This document shows, piece after piece, positions 12,201 through 24,200 of a stretch of 64,000 nt of DNA. The position numbers and the translations under genes were made by a program. Below the pieces are notes generated by a model that saw only the letters and a program-made list of their open reading frames with translations, had not been told where the DNA came from and did not search any database. The stretch's first letter is position 1. Each line of letters begins with the position of its first letter. Source of the DNA: Leptogorgia sarmentosa (taxonomy: Eukaryota); assembly GCA_964658305.1 (NCBI GenBank), contig OZ210884.1, positions 1,860,001 through 1,924,000 on the forward strand. The letters run 5' to 3'.

Positions 12201-15200
12201 ACATTTTGACGTTTTCGATCCCACAGCCAAAGTTTTTACAAATAACATGTTCTCTCAAGTTACCTATTGACTACTACTTTGGTTTGATATGATAAATTAT
12301 GAACCTATCTAAGTTGGCCTGCATGCCAACTTAGAAATCAAAATGTGAATTTCCATCATCTTGAGTATTGAGCGCGAGGTACGTAACATGTAGGAAATCT
12401 TCGTCTTAGCTCATAACTTTGCCGTTTCAAACATAAACGCATCTTGCCGTAGATACTCCTATGATTTTGAAGTGTTTTCATTTTTTTGTTATTATAACAA
12501 GGTTTTAATTTATCATTCCAAGTACAAATGATATAAAAAATTATTTGTTATTCTCAATATTATTCATGTTATTTCTGTAGGTGGCTTTCTATATATTAGA
12601 AAGTTCCGTCAGCGGTGACGTCAGTCAAGTGAAAAATATTGAACGGATTGGAACGACGATCTCCGAGTGGTATAGTGGATACGGAAGTGTTTCTGATGGT
12701 TGGGGGACAGTAAAGACTCTCAAGTAGGTAAACAGTAAATTTTTATCAATTTCATCCTTAAATTTGCAAGTCTGTAACATCCCATTCATTTGACAGACAA
12801 ATACACAAACTGTTTGGTGTCGTGACGTCGTTTAGAGGCACTTACAGAACAAATCGATGGTCACTGGAGTTTTCGCCTTTTAATGGGACTGTAAACAACG
12901 GTACGTTTTTTGCATTAATTGATTCAAATTCTCCCACTTTACTGGAACTAACAAGGAGTACAAAGTCTTCCTTTTCAAAACTGCTACAACTTTCTCGAAG
13001 TCATTTGAAAATTTTGAAACGAGAACATAGAGAGGAAAGGCATTCCCTCCCACCACCCGCCTCCGCCCCACCGTTCGCACCATGGAAAGTTACAAATTAG
13101 TTTAGAAGTTTCTAAAGTTGTAACGTAAATAAATTTTGAGTTAAGAATGTGTTATTACACAAATTGTGCCTCGAAAGGATAGTTTTCCAGCTGGAGAAGA
13201 ATTGGCATCAGCACATTATATATATCTTGTAAAATTTGTTTTTAGGTTCCAACCCAATCACAGAAATCATTCCCACCGCTTGGCCAACAGTTCGGAGACA
13301 GAAATGTAGGGGCATTGAAAGCAATTGCCCTGGCCAATTGGGAGACATGAAAGCTTTCTGTAAAGATGGATACTGCTACTGTAATGGGACGGACTATGAT
13401 TACGACACTTGCCTGCGTAAGTTCTTTAATTGCTTGATTTTCATTGCAAGTTGTTGTTATTACACATGTTTACCATCCTATCCAACAGGTACGATCTGTG
13501 AGATCAGAGGTTGTCAAAATCGTGCATTTTGTTGCCTGGGGTCGGTTGTATAAAACTCTTAACTATCCGTTTCGTAGTTAAACGGTAGTTAACTTTGAAA
13601 TACCCGTTTCTGATTGGTCAATTTTCCCACTTAACTATAGTTAACTTTAACTACGTTTTAATACAACCGGCCCCAGATCTTTAACCATTTCCGCTAAATC
13701 TTACCACGCTTTTGCATTGCTATAATATGACACGAACCAAGGGGAAATAATTATCAAAAGATCTTGAATAGAACTTTACAAGAAAATACATCTCAACAAC
13801 ATGAAAACTAGCCGAGGAAAACATCACATTACACTGCAAACATGATGAGTGCATAACAGGAATATGGCGAAGCAAATTATAAGAACAAACTTCCAAAATT
13901 ATGTAACTATCGCTTTCTCTGTAACATACCCGGCTGCTGATGCGTAAATATAAACTTTTCTGTTACCCCAGCTAGCTGATGGATATGGATGTAAAATTTT
14001 TGCAAATTCCGATACCACCTATATTATTTTATTCGACATGCGCTTAATTTCTCGCTCATTTGATCGGCTCCCGACACCGTGACACATGACTAAACAACTT
14101 TTCCTTACCCTAGCTGATGCATATGGATGTAAAATTGTTTCAAATTCCGATACCACGTACACTTGTACTCCTGATAACAGTTCACCAAAGTACGAGATTC
14201 ATGTACTGGCTGTGTACGAGGTCACCAGCAGCCGTTATTCAACAGCAGCAACAGCTAAGGCCATGGTCGATATCATCAATCGTGGAAAATCCAACAGACC
14301 AATTATACTTGTGCTCGTTAGCTATGAACCAGTAAACTGGGTTCTAAATATTCCTTCAGGCGTAACGATCGGCAAAGTTATCTTGGTTAGTACAAAATAA
14401 TTTAAAGATGTTTGATAGTTTGTACGCGGTCAAATCTGCGGGTTTTGAAAGCTAACAATAAATTGCATTAAATTACAAATCGGACAAATTGTAATAAATT
14501 ACAGGGGCCCAAAAATAGGTTCTCTCACACTGGGTTTCATCCACCCTTTTAGCTGGCGAAATAATTGCTTAGGCCAGATCTAATTTCACCACAGTTTGAA
14601 AGAAATTATAATTTGTACTGTACTTCAAAAAGATACGAGACTCTCATTACATTTTAACACAAAATTTGGAAATGTCACAAAGATAACGCGCATGAAAAAA
14701 ATCTTATTTTTGCGATCTTTCACGCAGGAAAATCTAGCAATTAAATTGCAATGCTTATACGCGGAGAGGCTGAGTGTTAAACAATTTTCAAAAAGCCAAA
14801 CAATTTTAATACCTTTATTCTTTTGAAAAAAAAAGATGGATATCCCATAGCCTGAGTACGGCTAAAAAATTTGAATTGGAAGTCCGAATTATTGAAGCTT
14901 GTAACAATCCAGTTTTCGGACGTTCGTGTCAGCTTGAACAAAATTTCTGAAATTAATTACTTTTTTTAAATTGCTACTTATTTTCACGTGATTAAAAGCC
15001 AAGCACTAAAGTAGCTCACATCAACGAACTTGCTAGAATAAAGGATACATTTTAACACTAATTGACTGCCGTAAATACCGAAGTGTCGTGTCAGCGTTCG
15101 CTACGAACACAATGTCCTTAATTTTTTCCGCCCTCATAATTTCAGATATTTTATTTTTCTGGTTTAAATTTTTTTAATTATAATTCCTGTGCACATCTAG

Positions 15201-18200
15201 TTAAAAATGTTGATATTAAATACTTGTATAATTTTCAGGATTTCATGTTATCTTGTGTAGGTGTCTCATTATATAGTGGAAAGTGCAGTTAGTGGTGATG
15301 TAAATAGGGTGAGAAGTATTGAACGAATTAGAACGAAGATTTCGAATTCAGAGTGGGAAACGGGATACGGAAGTGTTTCTGGCGATGGGGGGACAGTAAA
15401 GACTCTCAAGTAAGTAAACAGTAAATTTTTATCAATTTTATCGTTAAATTTGCAAATCTGTAACATCCCATTCATTTGACAGACAAATACACAAACTGTA
15501 TGGAGTCGTGACGTCGTTTAGAGGCACTTACAGAACAAATCGATGGTCACTGGAGTTGTCGCCTTTTAATGGGACTGTAAACAACGGTACGTTTTTTGCA
15601 TTAATGGTTCAAATTTTCCCACTTGTGCGGGAAATAACTGCCTAAACCGCGGCTAACAAGGAATGCAAAGTCTTGATTTTCAAAACTGCTGCAAGTTTCC
15701 CGAAGTCATTTGAAAATTTCGAAACAAAAACGCAGAGAGGAAACACATTCCACCCCACCACCCGCCTCCGCCCCACCGTTCGCTCCATGGAAAGTTACAA
15801 ATTAGTTTAGAAGTATTATTGTAAGTATTATTAAATAAATGTAATTATTTTGTAACGTAAATAATTTTTGTGTTAAGAATGCGTTGTTACACAAAATGTT
15901 ATTCGAAAGCAAAGTTACCTTGGAGAACGATTGGTATCAGCACATTACCTTGTAAATTTTATTTTTAGGTTCGAGCCCAATCACAGAAATCATTCCCACC
16001 GCTTCGCCAACAATTCGGAGACAGAAATGTAGGGGCATTGGCAGCAATTGCCCTGGCCAATTGGGAGACATGAAAGCTTTCTGTAAAGATGGATACTGCT
16101 ACTGTAATGGGACGGATTATGATTACGACACTTGCTTGCGTAAGTTCTTTAATTGCTTGATTTTAATTGCAAGTTGTTGTTATTACACATGTTGACCATC
16201 CTATCTAACAGGTACGATCTGTGAGATCAGAGGTTGTCAAAATCGTGCATGTTCTTGCCTGATCTTCAAGCATTTCCGCTAAATGTTGCCACGCTTTTGC
16301 CATAGCTATAATATGACAAAAAAAAGGGGAAATAATTATCAAAAGATCTTGTTTGAATAGAACTTCACACGAAAATACATCTCAATAGTATGAAAAGAAG
16401 CCGAGGAAAACATCACATTATACTGCTAGCATGATGAGTGCATAACAGGAATATGGCGAAGCAAATTATAAGAACAAACTTCCATGATGATGTAACTATC
16501 GCTTTCTCTGTAACATACCCGGCTGCTGTTGCGTAAATTTAAACTTTTTTGTTACCCTAGCTAGCTGATGCATATGGATGTAAAACCTTTGCAAATTCTG
16601 ATACCACCTATACTTATTCGACATCCGATTTCTCGCTCACTTGATCGGCTCCGGACACCGTGACACATGAATAAACAACTTTTTCTTACCCTAGCTGATG
16701 TCTATGGATGTAAAATTGTTTCAAATTCCGATACCACGTACAGTTGTACTCCTGATAACAGTTCAGCAAAGTACGAGATTCACGTACTGGCTGTGTACGA
16801 GGCATCTGGTACTGCTAATGTCAATATGAACAGCCGTGGAAAATCCAACAGACCCATTATACTTGTGCTTGTTAGCTACGAACCCGTAAACTGGGTCCTT
16901 AATATTCCACCGGACATTATCATCAACACAGTTATCCTGGTTAGTACAAAACACGTTAAAGAAGTATCACAGTTTCTATGCGGTCATAGCTATCTCAAAT
17001 TTCTAAAAATGTTGACGAACAAATGGCAATAAATTACTGCAGCGACCTTCTGCTTTCATCTTGTGTTTAATGATTGCCAGCGAAAAAATAGCCTTTCTCA
17101 ATCGCACTACGCCATTAGGGTATTTATTGCATCGTTTTTGGTTTGTAGAATTATTTACTTAGGTCGATTGTAATTTGTACTGTATTTCAAAATAGAACTA
17201 GACTGTCATTACAATTTAACACTAAATTTCGAAATTTCACGTAGAAAACGCGCATGAAAAAAACCTATTTCTGCATGGCGATTTTTCGCGCAAGGAGATC
17301 TATCAATTCAATTAGTATAGGAAATTACACAGTTCGAGAAGTATTAATGAAAAATTGCACGCGTGTTTGGCGAAATACCGCGAGTGCTTAGCAACGAAAA
17401 AGCTAAGTGTTTATTAAGCAATTTTTAAACAGTTTATCTTTTTGCTTTTGAAAAAAAAGAGACATTTTAGCTAATTACATTTAGCTCGAAAAATACCAGA
17501 CGGTCGTAAGTATCTGGGCTAACTTAATAGGTTCCTTATTTTTAGCGCGCTCATAGTTTCAGACAAATGAATTTCGAACTTTCAAATAAATCGTAATGGA
17601 GTACACGTCTTGTTATAATTTTAATATTTTCTTACTTGTATAATTTTAAAGTTTTTCATATCATCTTGCGTAGGTGTCTCATATACAAAGAAGTTCTGTT
17701 AGAGGTGATGTAAATTTTGTGATATTTTTTGAGCTAACTTCGGACTGGTCTTTCGGATACGGAAGTGATTCTGGTGGAGGGGCGACAGTAAAGACTCTCA
17801 AGTAAGAAGACAGTTAATCTGAAATGTGTTTATCAAATTCAATGATCAACTGAGGCAACCTAGATACAGGACAAAACTTGTACCATTTTATCATCAAATT
17901 CGCAAACCTTAACATTAGATTATTTTGACAGACAAATACACAAACGGTTTGGTGTCGTGACATCCTTTAGAGGTGCTTACAGAGCAAACCGCTGGTCGTT
18001 GGAATTGTCGGCGCCATTCAATGGAACTGGAAATGTTGGTAGGTTTCTGTATTTTTTTTATCTTTTACATTTCATGTAAAATTGTTCATCGCGGAAGAAT
18101 TGTCACAATTTTGATCGCGTTCAGCGGAATGGTAGACACTTATTTCTTTTGAAGCAAATACCTTGTTTGCTGGCCCTGCTTGTTTATAATTTGTTTCTTC

Positions 18201-21200
18201 AAGCTTTAGTAGCCTGTTTTAATTTTTGGTGGTAGGGAAATCTTGCACAGGTTGCAGGCGTAGCGATAAGGTGGCAAACAAGTCGTAATAACGAATTATG
18301 CGAGGAAAATATTAATTGCATCGCCAGAAATCGCGGACTTTGAACTGGGGGATATCGGTTTGCATTGTTGTCCCTTATTATCCTCCGCTATATCTTTTAT
18401 TCACTCTTCGAAATTCAAAATGGCGTCTCGTCGAAAGAGGAGTGTTCCAGTATTAAATTATAACGAATTGAACAATTTATCTTCTGAAATTATTTTTAAA
18501 ACTGGAAGAAAACCAAAATCTTCGTATGAAATATCTGAGATAGTCAGCTTTAAATCCCGCCATTTCAGCAAAACTTTTCGAGATATTTTGAGTACAACAC
18601 AATTACCAGACCTTTGATTATTTACATATCTCAAACAGGAAGTTTCCCCTTGAAGATTGACTTTATAATTAACTTTCAATATTTCTTGCCATGATAAAGA
18701 ATCCGATATTTTAATATTAATTTTAATATTATTAATATTTAATAGTTTCGTGCTTTTTTGTGCAAGATTAAGGCAATATTTATCAATACTGTATGAAATA
18801 TATCATTTTAAACAACGATATTTCCGCTGAACAAAACAATCGAAGTAAATTCACAAACATAAACAAAATATAGGATAAATGGGCTTTAAAACGATGTATT
18901 TCTCGAACTTTTTGGTCCTTTATTGGCCAAAAAATCCTTGTTTGGAAAGCGCGCGTTGGCGGAGCTGTTTAAATTGTTTAATGAGGATGTATTTAAGGCC
19001 AAGTTTTTGTTAAAGAAAAGGAAACATCAGAATTTTAGCCAGGGGTAAGAAAATATATATTTCGACTTCATTTATGTCTATATTTTGTTTTCTATATCAC
19101 ACATTTTTGATACTATGATTGCCTAAGCTTTAACACTTCTTCAAAAGTTGTGGTTTGTAGTGATTTAGCAACATAATCAATTAATGCAATACAAAATGTC
19201 AGGCCTGCAGCGTGTAAATTCGAACTGCAAAAGGAAACATAAGATTTAAGATAATTATTGAAATTACCGTCTAATAGCCATCTTTATAATATATATTTTT
19301 GTCCCAGCATCCCACATTTTTTTTTTCTTTTAATATGTTTGAGATAAATTCGTTCAAAGACAAACAGTAATACATTTTTCTAATATATTTTCCAATATTG
19401 AGATGACTAATGGCCTGGGGCGAGATAGCTAATTAAAATGCGGATGTCCGCGATTTCTGGCGATGGAAATAATAAATTTCCACACAGTCAGGTTGAAAAT
19501 TCAATTAATATCTTATTATGCTGCTGTGATATCAAGTTCGGTCCCCGCCACAATTATGATGTTGAACAACCTCCAATAATATCGTTCGAAGCAGTTGGTA
19601 TATATCCTTCTTTTAATCAAAAATAGATTGCTGTTTCCATTGGACGAACAGGCGAAGATCTTGCCGGATCTCACAAAATCTTACTATATAAGACTTGATA
19701 TAATAACTCGAATAATCCAAAATTGATTTAATTAGAACTATCCCGAGTAGCATGTAGTAATTCATGCTTTAAAACAAGCGTAATTTGGTATGGTTACTAC
19801 GGCAGCTTGTTGTCATTTAGGGCGAGCTTATCATGTTCACAATTTTATTATATGGCTTTGGAAAGGTCTATTCTGATAGGTTGACAGGCGCTCCGTAAGA
19901 AACCATATCCGGAACGTCGACCGTATTTTCTGTATCTGGGCAGGTGTCCCGGATGTCGTTTATTTGGCGAGAAATTTCGCTTAACAAACAGGAAAGACTT
20001 TTGCTTTTTACTTCACTCATTTAAAATTTACAGATACAAATTTCAGAAAAACAAATTGCTTTTTTATTGAACATGTATGTTTACCGTACTGTTATCCACT
20101 GAAACTGACGATATCCGATTTAATTCTGGAGAAATGCATGCATATGCACAAAGACTCAATACAGGCATATAATAAACGTATTATTGACATCGCATGTTCG
20201 GTTGCATTGACCTCGATCCTTCGGTTCGGTCCATATTAAAAAACCTCGGTGTGATATTTCACAGTACAGACCTCACGCTCAGTCAATAACTCATTGTTAT
20301 TTTAACTGTTCCATCCAAACTGATCTATCTACTCCGTTCTGCGAATAGTTATATATATCGATAGTGCGAATTAGTCAGACATATCGTTGGTGTGTATTCT
20401 ACACAATTTGTTTTTTTTTAATTTTATTAATTTTTTTAATACATTTTACATTTTAAGATTTCGTTTTCATTTTTCCAGCTACCACGACAGGCACATCCAA
20501 ACCCACATTCTCAACAACCGCTACTGTCACATCCAAACCCACATTCTCAACAACCGCTGCAGTCACATCCAAACCCACATTTCAAACAACTGCCAAAGTC
20601 TCACCAACCGTCCCTAGAAGGAATTGTTCAAGCGACAGTTATTGTCCCGGACAAACCAGTAGCATGAGAGCTTTTTGTAAAGACGGATACTGTTACTGCA
20701 ATGGCAAAGGATACAATTACGATACTTGTCTGCGTAAGTGGTTTTTTAACAAATTTCTTCTTCGTTATTCACGATGGGAAAGCGTATAGTTTTCTTCAGG
20801 AAGAGGCAGGCCTAAAAGGTGCCAAATATTCATTGTCCAACAACAGGGGATTATTGACACAACGTTGTCGTGATGGACCCCTCTGTAGTAGTGTTTTTTG
20901 CATTGCTCCCGCCCAACAATAGAAAGAAAATTGCATTTTACTCCAGTGACCCTGGCCTCATTCTTAGCCCGTATAAAATGAATGAAACGTTAACAGAAAT
21001 TAAGCGCAAATAAAATTTCAAGGTGAAATTAATATTACTGCGAAATTTAGGGTTCGATGAAATTGACAAAGAACAATAATTTATTACTTACATGATAATT
21101 TATATTGTTACTTAAATTTTATTCAGTGCATGCACTTTCTTAAAATGAGAGACAGAATTACCCAGATACTCCACGACAATATTTTCGCGCCCCGTTTACA

Positions 21201-24200
21201 AGGCACGTTTACACAGGGCAATTCATCTGCGATTTTATGATCGATCTTCTCCTTTTGAGCAATGTTAAGGTGTAGATTACCTGTCAAGGTTGCATCTTTG
21301 AGATTTCATAACTTGGAACAATGATAACTGATTCAGCCTTTCACATCGTTTCAAAAGATAAATCCGACGTAAAAACGAAGAGAAAATAACCGTTGTAAAC
21401 GGGCTTTTACAGAGCGGGATTTGAACAAGTAAACCATGCATTCCACGCTTCGGCAACTGAAGAGTATGCAACAAAATGTAATCAACAGCCGGACCCTTAA
21501 TCCCTACCTCCACTCTTTCACATTTCTGCAACGAAATTTCACGCTGGCTATAATTGTAGTTTTTGAAAAGGTTTGTTTAGAAACAAAATAGTATAAGTAT
21601 ACAACAGAAGATTGTTTTTTCAATGCAATATTTCTTAAAAATTCTTCTATTCTACGAATCAAAATATTTGTACTACGGTAACAAATGCATTTAGCTATAG
21701 CTTATTTATTATTTTACCGGCAAGATAAGATCTTCATAAAAAAGCAGGAGAACAAATTTTGCTAGTAATTGTTGATATGATCATGATGTTCCAAGCACAC
21801 ACGTATGGTAAGAATCATTAACTGAAATGTATTTTGTTTATTATTACCCTAGCTGATGCATATGGATGTAAAATTTTACCTGATGCTAAGACAGCCTTGG
21901 GAACACCACGTTTTACCGGAGGAACGCTCCAGAAAATATACAGTTGTGTTCCTGCAAACAGCTCATCACAGTACGAAGTCCACGTTCTGTCTGTGTACAA
22001 AGTTGCCAACAGACGTTCTTCAGTAACTGCTAAAGCTAAAGTCAATATCGTCAGTCGCGAAAAATCCAACAGACCTATTGTACTTGTTCTGGTCAGCTAT
22101 CGAGCAGCAAATTGGGTCCTTAACATACCATCTAACGTTACCATCAATAAAGTTATTTTGGTGAGTATACGTACATACCCATGTTTTGTATCTTCCCAAA
22201 ATCTTGTGCGATGCTACTGCGTCACTATAACGACGTCCGTTTGCTCTAGTTGATCCTTCAAGAATCCTTCAGGAATTCCCCCGCTATTTTAAAACAGCAG
22301 TTGTACATTTTCCTCATTTTTGTTATATTTTCCACGAGCTTCTTGCATACATTTCCCATCCTGTTTTCCTATAAAAAACCTACAATCGTCTCAAGAAAGT
22401 TGGAAGATTTTTTCAGATCCGGCAAGAGTTAAAATTTTACATGTCAAGTTTTTGGCAAACAAAAGTCTCGAGTAAAACGTAGGGGTGAAATCCTCTAGAG
22501 AAAATGCCGTCATCACAGCAAAGCTCTTCTGATGTTTTTGCACCGTCTTTTGACAATATCGTGACTCAAGAATATACTCAAATAAAAATAAAATAATATT
22601 CTTCTAGTTGCTTTGTCGGAAATATATTACTGAGCTTAGTAAAGATTTTGACGATCGACTACTACTAGTTGCATTAGAACCATTTTTTTCTTATTATATT
22701 TACATGTGTTATATTTACATCAAATTGATCAATCTTTGTGTTGCGATTCGAATCCATTATAATCGAAATAGAAAATATTGTTCATCTGGGGTACACTGTA
22801 TAGGTGAGCCGAAGGTTATACTTATAGACAAATTCGAAATGATACGTAACGTCTTTCTAGGGCGTTTGTTTAGATAACCAATTTAATCACAGTGATGCCT
22901 TTACATCCCGAGTACTTATTATATCACTTGGCAGTGTTATAATGCAAAATTTGCACGTTTTACGGAACAAGAAAAAAGTTACCCATCGGCCATCGCCTTT
23001 TGCGCACTTAGAGTTTAGGGTTCAAGGTCTTTGGAGGACAACCTTTTTTGAATTAGCTGTCAGAATATAAAAAAAACAATCAATAATATTATCTCGTGAA
23101 GAAAGTATATTACCAAGACCCAAAGTGTCTGTCTCTTAATTAATTAAATCGAAAATCAAGCATTCCGCATATGCAAGTAGTCTATGGGCATGGCCAGTAG
23201 AATTCAAACATGAGCTATCTTTTGTTAGGTTATAATCATGCCAATATGTATGTTATCTATCAGTGAAAATATTATCATTTGTAATTTTATATAATTTTAT
23301 TATTTTGTGTTCTTTTATGTGTGTAGGTATCTTTTTATATAACACAAAGTTCCGTTAGTAGAGATCTGGGTCGCGTGAAAAATGTTGAACGAATTGAAGT
23401 AACTGGATCGGACTGGCATTATGGATACGGAAGCGATTCGGGTTGTGGAAGAACAGTGAAGATACTGGAGTAAGTAAGAATGCCTGACTTGGAAAATTAA
23501 GTGTGCTTATTTAAATGTATTTGTACTGAGCACCTTCTAATTAAATGCAATGACAACTTATATCAGCTGAATCAGTTGCGATGTTGCGATGCGTGAAATT
23601 TATCTCAAAAAGCTGATTCATCACAGACCACTGTTAATGCCGTGCTGCTAAAGCGTTGCGCTATATCCGTTGCGCTATTCTCAACAAAAAGAAAACTTCT
23701 TGTGGAAATACATTACAATTCCATCTATCGTATGATCGTTTCGTTTCACGAAAAAAGCAAATTTATCGTTAATACAATGTGTCCCAAAGGAAAAATACTC
23801 TCTGCCATAAACTTCTGTGAACATATAACTTTTACGAATGGTCCAAGTTGCAATTTTTTAGCAGATAGATGCCCAGCGTGACAGCTTCTCTGTTACAAAT
23901 TTTGTTGACAAAATGTTGAAATATAGAATTTCTAGGGAGATTTAAATAGCGAGGACCAAAATTCTCACATGTCTAAGATTTACTTAAATTCGCTTACTGT
24001 TCAGACTTAACATTTGGTGGAATCCAGTTAAATTTTACACATTGTGGATAAATGCGACATATAACAATCTTTTGGGTTGGTTAGAGACATATCGTGACAT
24101 TCTACTGAAACATTTGTGAAACAAATATTTTGGTAATCTTGTTTTTAGTTTGCTAGTGGTACGCTGTCAGAAACAGACACTGCCAGTAGATCTGCCAATC

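Larger units (their letters stand above)
6050..17250 (+). repeat. Recent tandem duplication of a two-module unit (about 5.2-5.6 kb, just over 2 copies)
   Basis: About 7900-11900 matches about 13080-17100 nearly base for base, including introns; exon B ends at 6151, 11763 and 16939 share the same downstream intron. Confidence 0.9.
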
